A stretch of DNA of 64,000 bases from an uncultured archaeon (GCA_964599215.1 CAZRDV010000002.1:36119-100118); one strand, 5' to 3'. Shown: positions 23,741 to 33,223, counted from the first letter of the stretch. Notes: generated from the letters alone by a model not told the origin. Program-made: numbers and translations.

Positions 23741-24127
23741 ATGAAAGAAAGATGGGGAATTGCGCATATATATTCTTCTTTGAATAATACAATAATTCAT
23801 ATTACTGACGTGACAGGCAGCGAGACCCTTGCATTTGTCTCTGGCGGCATGGTATGCGACAGGGACATGAACAAGGGAAAGCCTTTTACAGCAATGAAGG
23901 CAGCAAGGAAAGCAGCTGAAAAGGCCATGGAAAGCGGCATAACCAACCTGCATATAAAGATAAGGGCAATAGGGGGCATAAAATCAAAGATGCCAGGCCA
24001 GGGAGCACAACCAGCTGTAAGGGCTCTGGCAAGGGCAGGCTTCAGGATCGGCTCAATAGAGGACGTGACCCCTATTCCGCATGACGGCTGCAGAAAGAAA
24101 GGCGGGAGAAGAGGCCGCAGAGTGTGA
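23741..24127 (+). CDS. rps11: Ribosomal protein S11 (uS11)
   Basis: [18 protein letters not shown]...[18 protein letters not shown]. Confidence 0.9.
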   Translation: MKERWGIAHIYSSLNNTIIHITDVTGSETLAFVSGGMVCDRDMNKGKPFTAMKAARKAAEKAMESGITNLHIKIRAIGGIKSKMPGQGAQPAVRALARAGFRIGSIEDVTPIPHDGCRKKGGRRGRRV

Positions 24128-24132
24128 TTACT

Positions 24133-24906
24133 ATGATGAAGGTATCTGTTCTTGAGAAGAGCAGCAGGAAATTAAGGCTGCTTCTGGAGGGTATTGATTT
24201 TGCATTTGCCAATGCCCTTAGGAGAACAATGACGAGCGAGATACCTACCATGGCTATTGAGATTGTTGATATAGAGGAGAATTCTTCAGGCCTCTTTGAC
24301 GAGGCTGTTGCACATAGGCTGGGCCTTATACCGCTGAAATTCCCAAACACCTACAATCTCAAGGATGAGTGCAAATGCAACGGTAAGGGCTGTTCAAGAT
24401 GCGAGGTTATATTTTCACTAGAGAAGAAGGGACCATGCACTGTAATGTCAGGCGAGCTTGTAAGCAACGACGATAAGGTCTCTCCCGTAGATAAAGATGT
24501 TCCTATAGTTGAGCTGCTGAAAAACCAGTCAATAAAGCTTTTTGCTACAGCACAGCTGGGTTTCGGCAGGGACCATGCAAAATGGCAGGCTTCTATAGCT
24601 GGCTATCAGAACCTTCCTATAGTCAGGGTAAGCAGTGGCGATAGTAAATATATAGATGTCTGCCCTGCGGGTGTTTTCAAGAAAGAAGGCGGACGGGTCA
24701 AGGTGAATGCGATGAAATGTGTTCTATGCATGCGCTGCACCGAGGTCTCTGATGCTGTAAAGGTATCAAAGGACGAATCAGCATTCATCTTCGACATAGA
24801 GTCAATATCAGGGTTAAATGCGACGGAGGTTTTTGAAAAAGCCTTAGATGCCCTGGAAACCGAATCAGGCAATTTCATCAAGGAGTTAAGAAGAATTGTC
24901 AAATAG
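24133..24906 (+). CDS. rpoD: RNA polymerase subunit Rpo3 (RpoD)
   Basis: FAFANALRRTMTSEIPTMAI...VAHRLGLIPL, with internal Cys clusters. The first ATG is at 24133; the track start at 24124 is GTG. Confidence 0.9.
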   Translation: MMKVSVLEKSSRKLRLLLEGIDFAFANALRRTMTSEIPTMAIEIVDIEENSSGLFDEAVAHRLGLIPLKFPNTYNLKDECKCNGKGCSRCEVIFSLEKKGPCTVMSGELVSNDDKVSPVDKDVPIVELLKNQSIKLFATAQLGFGRDHAKWQASIAGYQNLPIVRVSSGDSKYIDVCPAGVFKKEGGRVKVNAMKCVLCMRCTEVSDAVKVSKDESAFIFDIESISGLNATEVFEKALDALETESGNFIKELRRIVK

Positions 24907-24960
24907 CTCTTTCTGTCTGCTCCAGAACTATTTAAAAACTCTGAGATAAGATTTTTTAGC

Positions 24961-25107
24961 GCAGGGGTTCCCGAGTGGTCAAAGGGGCAGGACTTAAGAA
25001 TTCCGATGCTGTGCGTCGGTTTGTTGTCTTAAGTTTCGAGCGCAAGCTGTGAAAATAAGAAATCCTGTGGCTTAGTGCCTTCGTGAGTTCGAATCTCATC
25101 CCCTGCA
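24961..25107 (+). tRNA. tRNA-Leu(UAA), type II, with a 63-nt intron (24999-25061)
   Basis: Acceptor GCAGGGG/CCCCTGC, D-arm CCCGAGTGGTCAAAGGGG, anticodon stem CAGGA/TCCTG, loop CTTAAG|intron|A. Central helix CTTA/TAAG with an AAA bulge. Variable arm TGGCTTAGTGCC, T-arm TGAGT-TCGAATC-TCA. Confidence 0.8.
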
Positions 25108-25171
25108 TAAACTTATAAATATTAAAAATGAGAGAAGAAACTGAAAAACGGTGAAAAAGGTCTGATCATAG

Positions 25172-25549
25172 ATGTCAAAGCACAGGTTTGGTTGTCCATA
25201 TAAAATAGCAATAATAAACAGTAATAAGTACGCTGACAGTACTTTTTGCGGCTATAGCATGTCCCTAGTTAGGTGCAGCGGTAGATATACTTATGAAAAT
25301 GGCAATGGTACAGCAATATGCGAAGTCCATGGAACTATAGCACTGCCTAAAAACTTCGCTATGGATGATGAAGAAAAAACAATAAGATTGAAGCTTATAG
25401 GTAGTGTAGGAGATCGTAGGCCACCAACACCTGATTATACAATGGCCAGATATCTTCCAGCATTTATGAGTATAGATAGCGTGCCTGTTCCAACTAGAAA
25501 CCTGATGCACGGATTAAATAATCAAAAAGTTGTTGAATGGTCGGTATAA
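25172..25549 (+). CDS. Hypothetical protein (125 aa)
   Basis: ORF sitting where L18e usually lies in the S13-S4-S11-Rpo3-(L18e)-L13 cluster. The sequence is not L18e-like and I recognise no family. Confidence 0.45.
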   Translation: MSKHRFGCPYKIAIINSNKYADSTFCGYSMSLVRCSGRYTYENGNGTAICEVHGTIALPKNFAMDDEEKTIRLKLIGSVGDRRPPTPDYTMARYLPAFMSIDSVPVPTRNLMHGLNNQKVVEWSV

Positions 25550-25601
25550 TGAGATGCTAAACTTCGTTTGCATCTCAATTCAAAACAAAGGTGTTTTGAA
25601 A

Positions 25602-26003
25602 ATGATAATAGACGGAAAGAATGCAATACTTGGCAGGATGGCTACGTACACTGCAAAGCAGCTTTTGAAAGGCGAGGAAGTCATTATAGTTAATTCAGCT
25701 GAGGTAGTGATAACAGGCAACCCTAGGCAAATTGTTAGCAAATACCTCAAGCGCAGGAGAGGGGGTTCTGCTCATCATGGACCATTTTTCCCTAAAAACC
25801 CTGACCTGATAGTCAGGAGGGCAGTAAGGGGAATGATGCCAAAGACAAAAAAAGGCAGGGCTTCTTTCAGGAAGCTCAGGGTGCACATTTTAGTGCCTTC
25901 TGAACATAAGGATAAGAAGATGGAGAAAATAGCAATAAAGAAGGTTAAAGTAAGTTTTATCCGTGTAGGGGAGCTGGCAAAATCACTTGGCTGGAAAGGC
26001 TGA
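25602..26003 (+). CDS. rpl13: Ribosomal protein L13 (uL13)
   Basis: MIIDGKNAILGRMATYTAKQLLKGEEVIIVNSAEVVITG. ATG at 25602. Confidence 0.9.
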   Translation: MIIDGKNAILGRMATYTAKQLLKGEEVIIVNSAEVVITGNPRQIVSKYLKRRRGGSAHHGPFFPKNPDLIVRRAVRGMMPKTKKGRASFRKLRVHILVPSEHKDKKMEKIAIKKVKVSFIRVGELAKSLGWKG

Positions 26004-26008
26004 TAGGC

Positions 26009-26416
26009 ATGAAAAAGGTTATTCAGGGAGTTGGCAAGAGAAAGAAGGCAATAGCCAGGGCAACTATCAGAAAGGGCTCTGGCAAGGTCAGGGTAAATTC
26101 TGTTCTGCTTGACCTACTGGAACCAAGATACAATAAGATGAGGATACAGGAGGCATTGATACTTGCAGGCGACCTTGCAGACAAGGTTGATATAGATATT
26201 AAGGTGTCAGGAGGCGGAGTATGGGGCCAGGCTGATGCTGTAAGGACAGCCATAGCCAATGCTATGATTGCCTTCAGCAAGGATGATAACCTGAAAAAAA
26301 TCTATCTTGAATATGATAGGTCGCTGCTAATCTCTGATGCCAGAAGAACAGAGCCTCACAAGCCATCCCGAAGCAGCGCCGGACCAAGGAGAAGCAAGCA
26401 GCAGAGTAAGAGATAA
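26009..26416 (+). CDS. rps9: Ribosomal protein S9 (uS9)
   Basis: GKRKKAIARATIRKGSGKVRVN...GGGVWGQADAVRTAIA...DARRTEPHKP. Confidence 0.9.
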   Translation: MKKVIQGVGKRKKAIARATIRKGSGKVRVNSVLLDLLEPRYNKMRIQEALILAGDLADKVDIDIKVSGGGVWGQADAVRTAIANAMIAFSKDDNLKKIYLEYDRSLLISDARRTEPHKPSRSSAGPRRSKQQSKR

Positions 26417-26440
26417 AAAGAATGGAACTCATGTGATATT

Positions 26441-26635
26441 ATGTTGGTACCACCAAGGTGTATTAGTTGCGGAAAACCAGTAGGCGGTCTCTGGGAAAAA
26501 TTCAAGAAAAGGGTAGAAAAGGGTGAAAACCCCAAGAGCGTACTGGATGACCTTGGTATTGACAGGTATTGCTGCAGGGCTTTGTTTCTGACCCATGTTG
26601 ATGTACTGAAAAGGGTTGCAAGATTCAAGGCATAA
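26441..26635 (+). CDS. rpoN: RNA polymerase subunit Rpo10 (RpoN)
   Basis: MLVPPRCISCGKPVG...LGIDRYCCRALFLTHVD. Confidence 0.9.
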   Translation: MLVPPRCISCGKPVGGLWEKFKKRVEKGENPKSVLDDLGIDRYCCRALFLTHVDVLKRVARFKA

Positions 26636-26662
26636 TTATTTTCTGTTTATCGGGGTAATACC

Positions 26663-27385
26663 ATGGATGCAAAAAAATTTCTTATTGAGCAGAACCTAGA
26701 ACCGAGAAAAAGCCGGGACCAACTGTTCCTGCAGAACGAATCCATACTGGAAGAAGAGGCTGGGCTTGCAGAACTCAGCAACAACGACTCTGTCCTGGAA
26801 ATCGGAGCAGGTTTTGGCAACCTTACAGAGAAGCTTGCAAAAAAAGCCTGCGTAATTGCAATAGAGAAGGATAAGAGATTCCTGCAGTATCTTAGAAAAA
26901 TAAAGAACGTTAAAGCAATACAGGGCAATGCATTGAGCGTACTTAAGAATAACAGGGAAAACAAAACCTTTCATTTCAATAAGATAGTTTCCAATATTCC
27001 ATACTCTTTATCAAAGAAAATAATACTTGAGATATTGAAACATCCCTGGGAAGTAGCTGTATTAGTTGTCCAGAAGGAGTTTGCTGAAAAGCTATCCGGC
27101 AATTCAAGGCTCTCTTTACTTGTAAAAGATTGCTGTACATTGAAGATAGCCAGAAACATACCAGGCGATGCTTTCTATCCAGCTGCGCTTGAGTCCTCCT
27201 TGATAGTGTTAAGGCAGGAAAAACTTATGGATGAAAATTTTTGGTCCTTTCTAAACGATATATTCAGGCACAGGAACAAGGATGTTGTAAATGTAGTTGA
27301 GAGCTGCCCTGACCACCTGAAGAGAAAAAAAGTCCACCAGCTTGAACTAAAAGAAGTGAGAGAGTTGTACAATGCTAACTTATGA
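26663..27385 (+). CDS. ksgA: 16S rRNA dimethyladenosine transferase (KsgA/Dim1 family)
   Basis: SRDQLFLQN (GQNFL variant), VLEIGAGFGNLT (SAM site), IVSNIPYSLS. Confidence 0.8.
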   Translation: MDAKKFLIEQNLEPRKSRDQLFLQNESILEEEAGLAELSNNDSVLEIGAGFGNLTEKLAKKACVIAIEKDKRFLQYLRKIKNVKAIQGNALSVLKNNRENKTFHFNKIVSNIPYSLSKKIILEILKHPWEVAVLVVQKEFAEKLSGNSRLSLLVKDCCTLKIARNIPGDAFYPAALESSLIVLRQEKLMDENFWSFLNDIFRHRNKDVVNVVESCPDHLKRKKVHQLELKEVRELYNANL

Positions 27386-27557
27386 TTATCTTGTTCTTGC
27401 CTTTGAAGTCTGACCCGAGCTTGTTCTTCTTTGGCAGATGACCTTTTTCCAGCAGAAGCAGTTCGTCAAGAACCTCCTTTTTCAGGTGCGTTTTTCCGTG
27501 GTTCTTTAATGCCTTTATCGTTTTGAACTTTTGCTTGCAACGGACGCACTGGAACAT
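27375..27557 (-). CDS. Stand-alone classical C2H2 zinc-finger protein (60 aa)
   Basis: MFQCVRCKQKFKTIKALKNHGKTH fits C-x2-C-x12-H-x3-H with the conserved F and L. Its 3' end overlaps the ksgA 3' end by 11 nt (convergent). Confidence 0.6.
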   Translation of the reverse strand: MFQCVRCKQKFKTIKALKNHGKTHLKKEVLDELLLLEKGHLPKKNKLGSDFKGKNKIIIS

Positions 27558-27623
27558 GATAACTATTAGCAGGGAAAATATTAAAATGGTTTTGGCTTAA
27601 AACCTTTCTTTCCAATTATTATA

Positions 27624-28706
27624 ATGCTTCTTAAGAAATACGAGCCAAAATCTTCTACGGATATAATAAACAGCAGGCCGGCAGTCGAAATAAGAAACTG
27701 GCTGAAGAGCTGGAAAAAGGGCAGAGCGCTTTTTGTATACGGCCCAACTGGCTCCGGCAAGACACTTTCTGTAAAGCTGCTGGCCAAAGAGCTTGGTTAC
27801 GAGATACTGGAGAGCACTGCCAGCGAGAGGTCAGTGCCTGAGATATTAAAGGCGTCAGAACAGAGGAGCCTTTTTTTCAAGAAGAAGCTGATACTGGTGG
27901 ATGAAATAGAGCTGTCGCCTGGTAAGGCAGTGATAGAGCTTATAAAGAAAAGCAATTTTCCAGTAATATTCATATCAATAAATCCCTACAAGAGCAGCAT
28001 AACAGCGTTAAGAAAGCGATGCAGCCTTGTGAGGTTCGATAAGATAAGACCTGATATCATAGCAAGGTTTCTGAAAGATGTCTGCAAAAAAGAAAAAATT
28101 GACTGCGAAGACAGGTCCCTGTTCCAGATTGCAAAGATGAGCAACGGTGACATTCGTGCAGCTTTGCTTGATTTGGAGACGCTCAGACATGTCGATATGG
28201 AACATATCAGAACTGGCTACAGGGAGAGCGAAGATAATGTATTCGATACACTGAAGGCGATATTCTCAAGCAAAAAACTGGATAGCGCAAAGATGGCAGT
28301 AAAAAATTCCGATAAAAAAGCTGAAGAATTAGTTATCTGGCTGGAGGAGAATGCAGGAGAGTACAGGAGCATAGAGGATATTGCCAGGGCTTATAACTAT
28401 CTTTCCAAAGCAGATGTTTTTGCAGCGCGAATACTAAAGAGGCAGGCATGGTCCCTGCAGAAATATTTTATTGACCTTTCTGTAGCTGGCTTTGTTCTGA
28501 GCAAGGGCTCTGTTTTCCGGTACCAGTACCCCAGAATGTATGCAAGGAAGAACAATAAAACCATTGCAGAGAAGGTAGCAAAGAAACTGCACGTATCAAG
28601 AAAAGAAGCAAGTGAAGAACTGCCACTAATAAAGGGCCTCATGAAAAACACAGATATAGCAAAGGAGCTTGGCTTTGATGAAAACGATATTGAAGAGATA
28701 GATTAA
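27624..28706 (+). CDS. rfcL: Replication factor C large subunit (short form)
   Basis: LLKKYEPKSSTDII...IRNWLKSWKKGRALFVYGPTGSGKT (Walker A), LILVDEIE (Walker B). Confidence 0.75.
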   Translation: MLLKKYEPKSSTDIINSRPAVEIRNWLKSWKKGRALFVYGPTGSGKTLSVKLLAKELGYEILESTASERSVPEILKASEQRSLFFKKKLILVDEIELSPGKAVIELIKKSNFPVIFISINPYKSSITALRKRCSLVRFDKIRPDIIARFLKDVCKKEKIDCEDRSLFQIAKMSNGDIRAALLDLETLRHVDMEHIRTGYRESEDNVFDTLKAIFSSKKLDSAKMAVKNSDKKAEELVIWLEENAGEYRSIEDIARAYNYLSKADVFAARILKRQAWSLQKYFIDLSVAGFVLSKGSVFRYQYPRMYARKNNKTIAEKVAKKLHVSRKEASEELPLIKGLMKNTDIAKELGFDENDIEEID

Positions 28707-29107
28707 GAAAGAATGTCTTCTGGATTAACATTCTCATAGATAACCATTCTGTCAGAAGCAAGCAGTATGTCGAAGCTGCTTGTCTGCTGGGCACAGTTGA
28801 TATTCTTACTGACGTAGAGATAATAGCCTTTCTCTGCCATTCTCTCTTTGGAGAAGAACGCAAATTCATCCAGCTTTTCATTGAGATTACTGCAATCAGC
28901 ATAGCCGTATGTATTAACAATGCCATTCAGCTGTTCTTCTATGTTATGGAAATAGAAATCCTCGTTCATCCTGGCTACAGCAGACTGGTCCAGGACCAGG
29001 TAGCCCTTGAAGAGTATGGATATTAACAGGAATGCCCCGCTTATGACTACAGCAGATACCAGAAACCACTGGCCTTTTTTCCTACCTGATTGTGATAATC
29101 TGAGCAT
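28703..29107 (-). CDS. Hypothetical protein with a class III (type IV pilin-like) signal peptide
   Basis: MLRLSQSGRKKGQWFLVSAVVISGAFLLISILF has a basic stretch, then K-G-Q, then a hydrophobic helix. ATG at 29107; the track start at 29116 is GTG. Confidence 0.45.
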   Translation of the reverse strand: MLRLSQSGRKKGQWFLVSAVVISGAFLLISILFKGYLVLDQSAVARMNEDFYFHNIEEQLNGIVNTYGYADCSNLNEKLDEFAFFSKERMAEKGYYLYVSKNINCAQQTSSFDILLASDRMVIYENVNPEDILS

Positions 29108-29381
29108 GAGGGACACCTTCTATTTCCATTATCTTATCCTTTTCTATGAATCTTTTCTTTAACATAAGGTTTATTACTTCCTTACCAATGGCGTTGACTA
29201 TGGTTGCTTTCTGTATCAGTTCTATTGCTGCTGTCTCATCGCAGGATTCTCCTGAATAGAAAGCTTCACTTACTTCAATTTCAACATCGTCTTTCCGGAG
29301 GGTCTTTCCTATGATAGCTGAATCAGAGATAGCCAATAAAACGTCATTGCCCTGCTTGAATAGCCTGTATGAAAACATCAT
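29082..29381 (-). CDS. DUF424 (COG2412) protein
   Basis: MMFSYRLFKQGNDVLLAISDSAIIGKTL...SEAFYSGE...EIEGVPHAQI. Start overlaps the aIF2-beta stop (ATGA). Confidence 0.7.
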   Translation of the reverse strand: MMFSYRLFKQGNDVLLAISDSAIIGKTLRKDDVEIEVSEAFYSGESCDETAAIELIQKATIVNAIGKEVINLMLKKRFIEKDKIMEIEGVPHAQIITIR

Positions 29382-29794
29382 ATCGCCTGTAAAGGCCTGC
29401 TTGCACCGCATGCTTCACATTTCACCATGAGAGCGTCTGCCTTTTTTTCAACCACAGTGTCTGCTTTTCCGCATTCCTTGCAAAGCACAAATTCCTTTAT
29501 GTAGTCTTCCAGTTTTTTCTTTACCATGCTTTCGTATATCTTGCCCTGAAGAACCAGCTCACTGCCTGTCATGTTGCCTGGTATGGCAAGCTCCTTCAGC
29601 AGGAATTTTACAATATGCTTGGGATCCCTTCTTAATGCCTTGGCTATGTCAGAAAGGTTTCTTATTGTCGTCTGCCTGCCTATCACTTCTACAACTGCCT
29701 TGGGAAATTCAAACCTGCTGCTTTCTTTCTTAACTTCAGGCAGGCCCTTCTTGGCTTTTTTCAGCAGCTCAGAATAGTTATAATCCATAATCAT
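29378..29794 (-). CDS. Translation initiation factor aIF2 beta
   Basis: YSELLKKAKKGLPE...RFEFPKAVVEVIGRQTTIRNL...; C-terminal zinc ribbon CKECGKADT...CEACG. Confidence 0.9.
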   Translation of the reverse strand: MIMDYNYSELLKKAKKGLPEVKKESSRFEFPKAVVEVIGRQTTIRNLSDIAKALRRDPKHIVKFLLKELAIPGNMTGSELVLQGKIYESMVKKKLEDYIKEFVLCKECGKADTVVEKKADALMVKCEACGASRPLQAI

Positions 29795-30177
29795 CGCTTC
29801 TCCTCAGTAAAATTCCTAAGGTCTGTTGATAATAGATACTTGTTCCTCGCGCTCTTTATAGTTCCTGTAACACCAAGAACCTTGATTATTACTTTTGTCT
29901 CGCCTACTGTCTGTATTAGCGAAAGAATGACACGCATGTTTTCGACAAAATCATGCCTGCACTTTATAATGCCTCTCTGGCTCTTTTCATCGTAGAGGTT
30001 CTGGATTGACCATAACATCACATTGCTGGTTTCCAGTTCTCCCAGGAAATTAAGAGTGGAATTCCATATCGTATTCACAAGGTCGTTATAAACTACAGGC
30101 TCGTCTGATATTATCTCGAAAACAATGTACCTCTTATGCGACCTCAGGCTCGGGGGCAAAAATCTTGGTTCTGCCAT
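29791..30177 (-). CDS. RNase P protein component Pop5 (Rnp2)
   Basis: LPPSLRSHKRYIVFEIISD...GIIKCRHDFVENMRVILSLI...VLGVTGTIKSA. ATG at 30177. Confidence 0.8.
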   Translation of the reverse strand: MAEPRFLPPSLRSHKRYIVFEIISDEPVVYNDLVNTIWNSTLNFLGELETSNVMLWSIQNLYDEKSQRGIIKCRHDFVENMRVILSLIQTVGETKVIIKVLGVTGTIKSARNKYLLSTDLRNFTEEKR

Positions 30178-30178
30178 A

Positions 30179-30874
30179 TCAATCAACCACCTTAACTCCT
30201 TCCCATCTCCTGTTTGCAAGCTTTTCCCTGTTCTTTTTCACAAGTTCTATCGGTAACATGGATAGAGATGATATTGCATCCCCGAGATCAAGACCCAGTA
30301 CGTGCGTTATTGCGGCAAGCTCTCTTCCTCCCCGCATTCCCCACTTGGTTATGGCCCCGGACGTCGTGATTACGTTTGCATTATACTTTCTACACAGTTT
30401 TATGTTCTTCATCATCGAGGATATAATATAAACCCTCTGCCTCTTGTAGCTTTCCAGTATCTCACGGAAGTTTATTTCTATTGCCACGTCATTTTCCTGC
30501 GCAGCCTTGACGCAGATATGATCCAGGCCAGAATCTCTTCTGCCGAGTTCTGGATGGCACAGGATATCAATCATTGAATTCTCGCAAGCTGCCCTGTTGA
30601 CATCATAATTCCCTCCATGGACCATCAGGAGCTCAACCTTATTCCTTATCTTCTTTGCTGTAGCGTCTAAATCCTCTTTATTGTCAGGCTTTATCATTAC
30701 AGCCGACACAATATCAGTGCCCTTTATCTCTGGGATTTTTTCTATCCTTCCTGTATAATATCTTACTACCCCAAGCCCTGTTAATCCCAGCCGACCAGCC
30801 ATGTCAACTACTTCTTCTACCGAATTCTCTCCTATTGAAAGGGTCGTGTGAACGTGCAAATCATAAAATGGCAT
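30179..30874 (-). CDS. RNase P protein component Rpp30 (Rnp3)
   Basis: MPFYDLHVHTTLSIGENSVEEVVDMAGRLGLTGLGVV is a PHP/TIM-barrel-like pattern. Immediately upstream of Pop5. Confidence 0.8.
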   Translation of the reverse strand: MPFYDLHVHTTLSIGENSVEEVVDMAGRLGLTGLGVVRYYTGRIEKIPEIKGTDIVSAVMIKPDNKEDLDATAKKIRNKVELLMVHGGNYDVNRAACENSMIDILCHPELGRRDSGLDHICVKAAQENDVAIEINFREILESYKRQRVYIISSMMKNIKLCRKYNANVITTSGAITKWGMRGGRELAAITHVLGLDLGDAISSLSMLPIELVKKNREKLANRRWEGVKVVD

Positions 30875-30953
30875 CTTCCCACCTTTAATCTAATATTTCA
30901 AAGGAAAGCTTTTAAAAAGTAGCAAAAATGTAATGTTAACAGTCCAAGATTGC

Positions 30954-31418
30954 CTATTTACGTGATCTCGATTTTTTTGCAGCAGAGGTCAGACCGCGAA
31001 ACACGCGCCTTCGCTGATTGCATATCCATTTTATCTTCCTGTCAGACTTTATTACAGGATGAGAGGTATCTACTAAAATGATTTCATAAAACTTGTGTGT
31101 TCCGCTTTCCCCGACATAGTAAGAATTGAGCACTTCGAGATTCGGGAATTTCCTTGAGACCCTCTTTTCAGCTATTACCTGCAGGCTCTGAGCAGTTGTG
31201 AAGAATCTTCCTGCCCTCTTCGGTCTCCTCCCCTTTCTTATCTTAGGCCTCTTTCTGCCACCTTTCTTTATCCTGGTCCTGGCCAGTACAAATCCCTGCT
31301 TTGCCCTGTAACCAAGAGCCCTTGCCCTGCCAAGATTGGTGGGCCTCTCTATTCTTTTGACAACTGCCTCTTTGTTCCATTTGATTACATTGCTCTTTGA
31401 GGATTTTCTTGTAACCAT
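30954..31418 (-). CDS. rpl15e: Ribosomal protein L15e (eL15)
   Basis: RPTNLGRARALGYRAKQGFVLARTRIKKGGRKRP...YEIILVD. The 154 aa is short for L15e. Confidence 0.85.
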   Translation of the reverse strand: MVTRKSSKSNVIKWNKEAVVKRIERPTNLGRARALGYRAKQGFVLARTRIKKGGRKRPKIRKGRRPKRAGRFFTTAQSLQVIAEKRVSRKFPNLEVLNSYYVGESGTHKFYEIILVDTSHPVIKSDRKIKWICNQRRRVFRGLTSAAKKSRSRK

Positions 31419-31506
31419 AGAATCACTATAATTAAAAACAATACTTAAATAGTTACAAGAGAATAACTATTTAAATTTAGGCAAATTAATAACAAGAGGT
31501 GATTTA

Positions 31507-31812
31507 GTGCATTCGGCCGCAAAACTTATTATTGGTCTGCTGATCTTCGTAGCAGGAATATACTGGTACGTTGCTGAAGTACTAGGAATGCCAGGCGTTG
31601 CAGTGGTTCTCGGTGTAACATCTACATTCATGGCATTGAAGACCGTCTTCGCAGGATTGTTCGGTTTGTTCCTGATATTCCTGGGATTGATAATAGCCTG
31701 GATTGAGTACGAAGATCTCAAGTGGGAAATGAAAGAAAAGAAAACAGAAAGAAAGAGACCTGCTCCAAGGCCAAGGAGAAAGGCAAAGGCAAGGAGAAGG
31801 AGAAGGAGATAA
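31507..31812 (+). CDS. Small membrane protein with a polybasic C-terminal tail
   Basis: GTG start. Three hydrophobic helices, then KKTERKRPAPRPRRKAKARRRRRR. Confidence 0.5.
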   Translation: MHSAAKLIIGLLIFVAGIYWYVAEVLGMPGVAVVLGVTSTFMALKTVFAGLFGLFLIFLGLIIAWIEYEDLKWEMKEKKTERKRPAPRPRRKAKARRRRRR

Positions 31813-31964
31813 TTTTTTAATTTTTCTTTAATCCTAATTCTTTTGATTTTATTATAATCAGAACCAGAAAAATAATATGATACTGTTCAGTGTGGCTGAG
31901 GGAATTAGCTTTAAAAAGGTTGGTGTCAACAGAATAAAAGAAAAAAACAAAAGGAGGATTTAAA

Positions 31965-32201
31965 ATGGTAGAATTCGAGACAATAAACAGCGACGAGCTA
32001 AGTTTTGGTAACAATAACTTCATAGAAGTAGCAAAAAAGAAGGCTATTTCTGAGCAGGGAGAAAACATATTCCTGTCCATAAGCAGGGGTTTTGTTACAC
32101 AGACTGGAGAGAAAAGGTATAGGAAATCCTTCTCTGTACCTATAGACGAAGCTGTAATAAACTTTGTAGCAGATAAGCTGAAAGAACTTGGTAAAGAATA
32201 A
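31965..32201 (+). CDS. Hypothetical protein (78 aa)
   Basis: Strong SD (AAGGAGG) 7 nt upstream of the ATG. No family recognised. Confidence 0.55.
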   Translation: MVEFETINSDELSFGNNNFIEVAKKKAISEQGENIFLSISRGFVTQTGEKRYRKSFSVPIDEAVINFVADKLKELGKE

Positions 32202-32697
32202 GCTTTTTATTTTAACAAATTTTATTATTTTTGTTGTTATGTTATTGATAGACGCCATAAGGAAGGCTGAGAAAGACAGGCTAGTCAGAAAACTGTCAAA
32301 AAACCATTTTCTATGCTCGGCCTTTGCTTTCATAAAGGATGACAGCGTAAATGAGTGGGTACTTCATTACTTCTCTCCTGAAAGCAAGAAGATGGTTGAC
32401 TGCATTGTTGGTAGCGCAGTAAACATAGGCGATGAAACGCCAGCAATAAAGGAGATGGAAAAGCTGGATGCAAAAAAGGTAAAAGTGTCATCTGACAGAG
32501 CAATCAAAATCGCTGGAAAGGGTTTTGAGAAGAAAACAGTGAGTTCAATGATATCGCTGCATAAGAAAGATAAGGTTGTATGGACCGTAAGCATGATAAC
32601 CCAGGACATGATTATAACAAGCTTTGATATAGATGCGTTGACAGGAAAAATAACAGACAAGAAAGAGGAATCGTTATTAAGGCGGCAGGGTTCGTAA
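32188..32697 (+). CDS. Hypothetical protein, possible N-terminal membrane anchor
   Basis: The TTG start at 32188 gives a TM-like LFILTNFIIFVVMLLI. The alternative ATG at 32239 would remove it. The C-terminal ...FDIDALTGKI is weakly PepSY-like. Confidence 0.5.
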   Translation: MVKNKLFILTNFIIFVVMLLIDAIRKAEKDRLVRKLSKNHFLCSAFAFIKDDSVNEWVLHYFSPESKKMVDCIVGSAVNIGDETPAIKEMEKLDAKKVKVSSDRAIKIAGKGFEKKTVSSMISLHKKDKVVWTVSMITQDMIITSFDIDALTGKITDKKEESLLRRQGS

Positions 32698-32728
32698 GGC
32701 TTTAATCTGTTTTATCTCTAATTATCCT

Positions 32729-33223
32729 ATGTTCTTTTCAAAAATATACAGCAGCTGGGAAGATATCCAGGAAAAGAAATACGAGAAAATAATCGGTAAG
32801 GTTGATCTAGAGAACAAGAAAATCCTGGATATAGGCTCTGGAAACTTTTACTTGGAGAAATTCCTGATGAAGAAGGGCATCAAGGCAGATATAACTGCGA
32901 TTGATATTGAAAAGAAGGTAGATAATGTCCCATTCATACTTGCTGATGGAAACGAGCTGCCAATAAAGGATTCAGCCTTTGATTTTATAATTTCCATAGA
33001 TACCATGCATTTGATAAAGACCAATGATTTCAAAAGGGTTCTGAAGGATAATGGGTTTATTCTTTTCTCATTGTTTTTTAACAAACAGAATTATGAGGAA
33101 AAAAAGAAGATGTTGAAAGATAAAATAAAAGATTTTGAAATTGTAGATGAATTTGAGATAGAAGGCAAGGAAAACGAATACTTTGTTCTGGCAAGAAAAA
33201 CTACATCTTCTCAAGTGTCTTGA
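32729..33223 (+). CDS. Class I SAM-dependent methyltransferase
   Basis: KILDIGSGNFYLEKFL (motif I), FDFIISIDTMH. 164 aa. Confidence 0.75.
   Translation: MFFSKIYSSWEDIQEKKYEKIIGKVDLENKKILDIGSGNFYLEKFLMKKGIKADITAIDIEKKVDNVPFILADGNELPIKDSAFDFIISIDTMHLIKTNDFKRVLKDNGFILFSLFFNKQNYEEKKKMLKDKIKDFEIVDEFEIEGKENEYFVLARKTTSSQVS

Noticed and set aside
25172-25549. The possibility that the 125-aa ORF is a divergent ribosomal protein L18e, given its position.
   Set aside because: It has no basic N-terminal L18e pattern and no alignable block with the L18e sequences I remember. I kept it as hypothetical.
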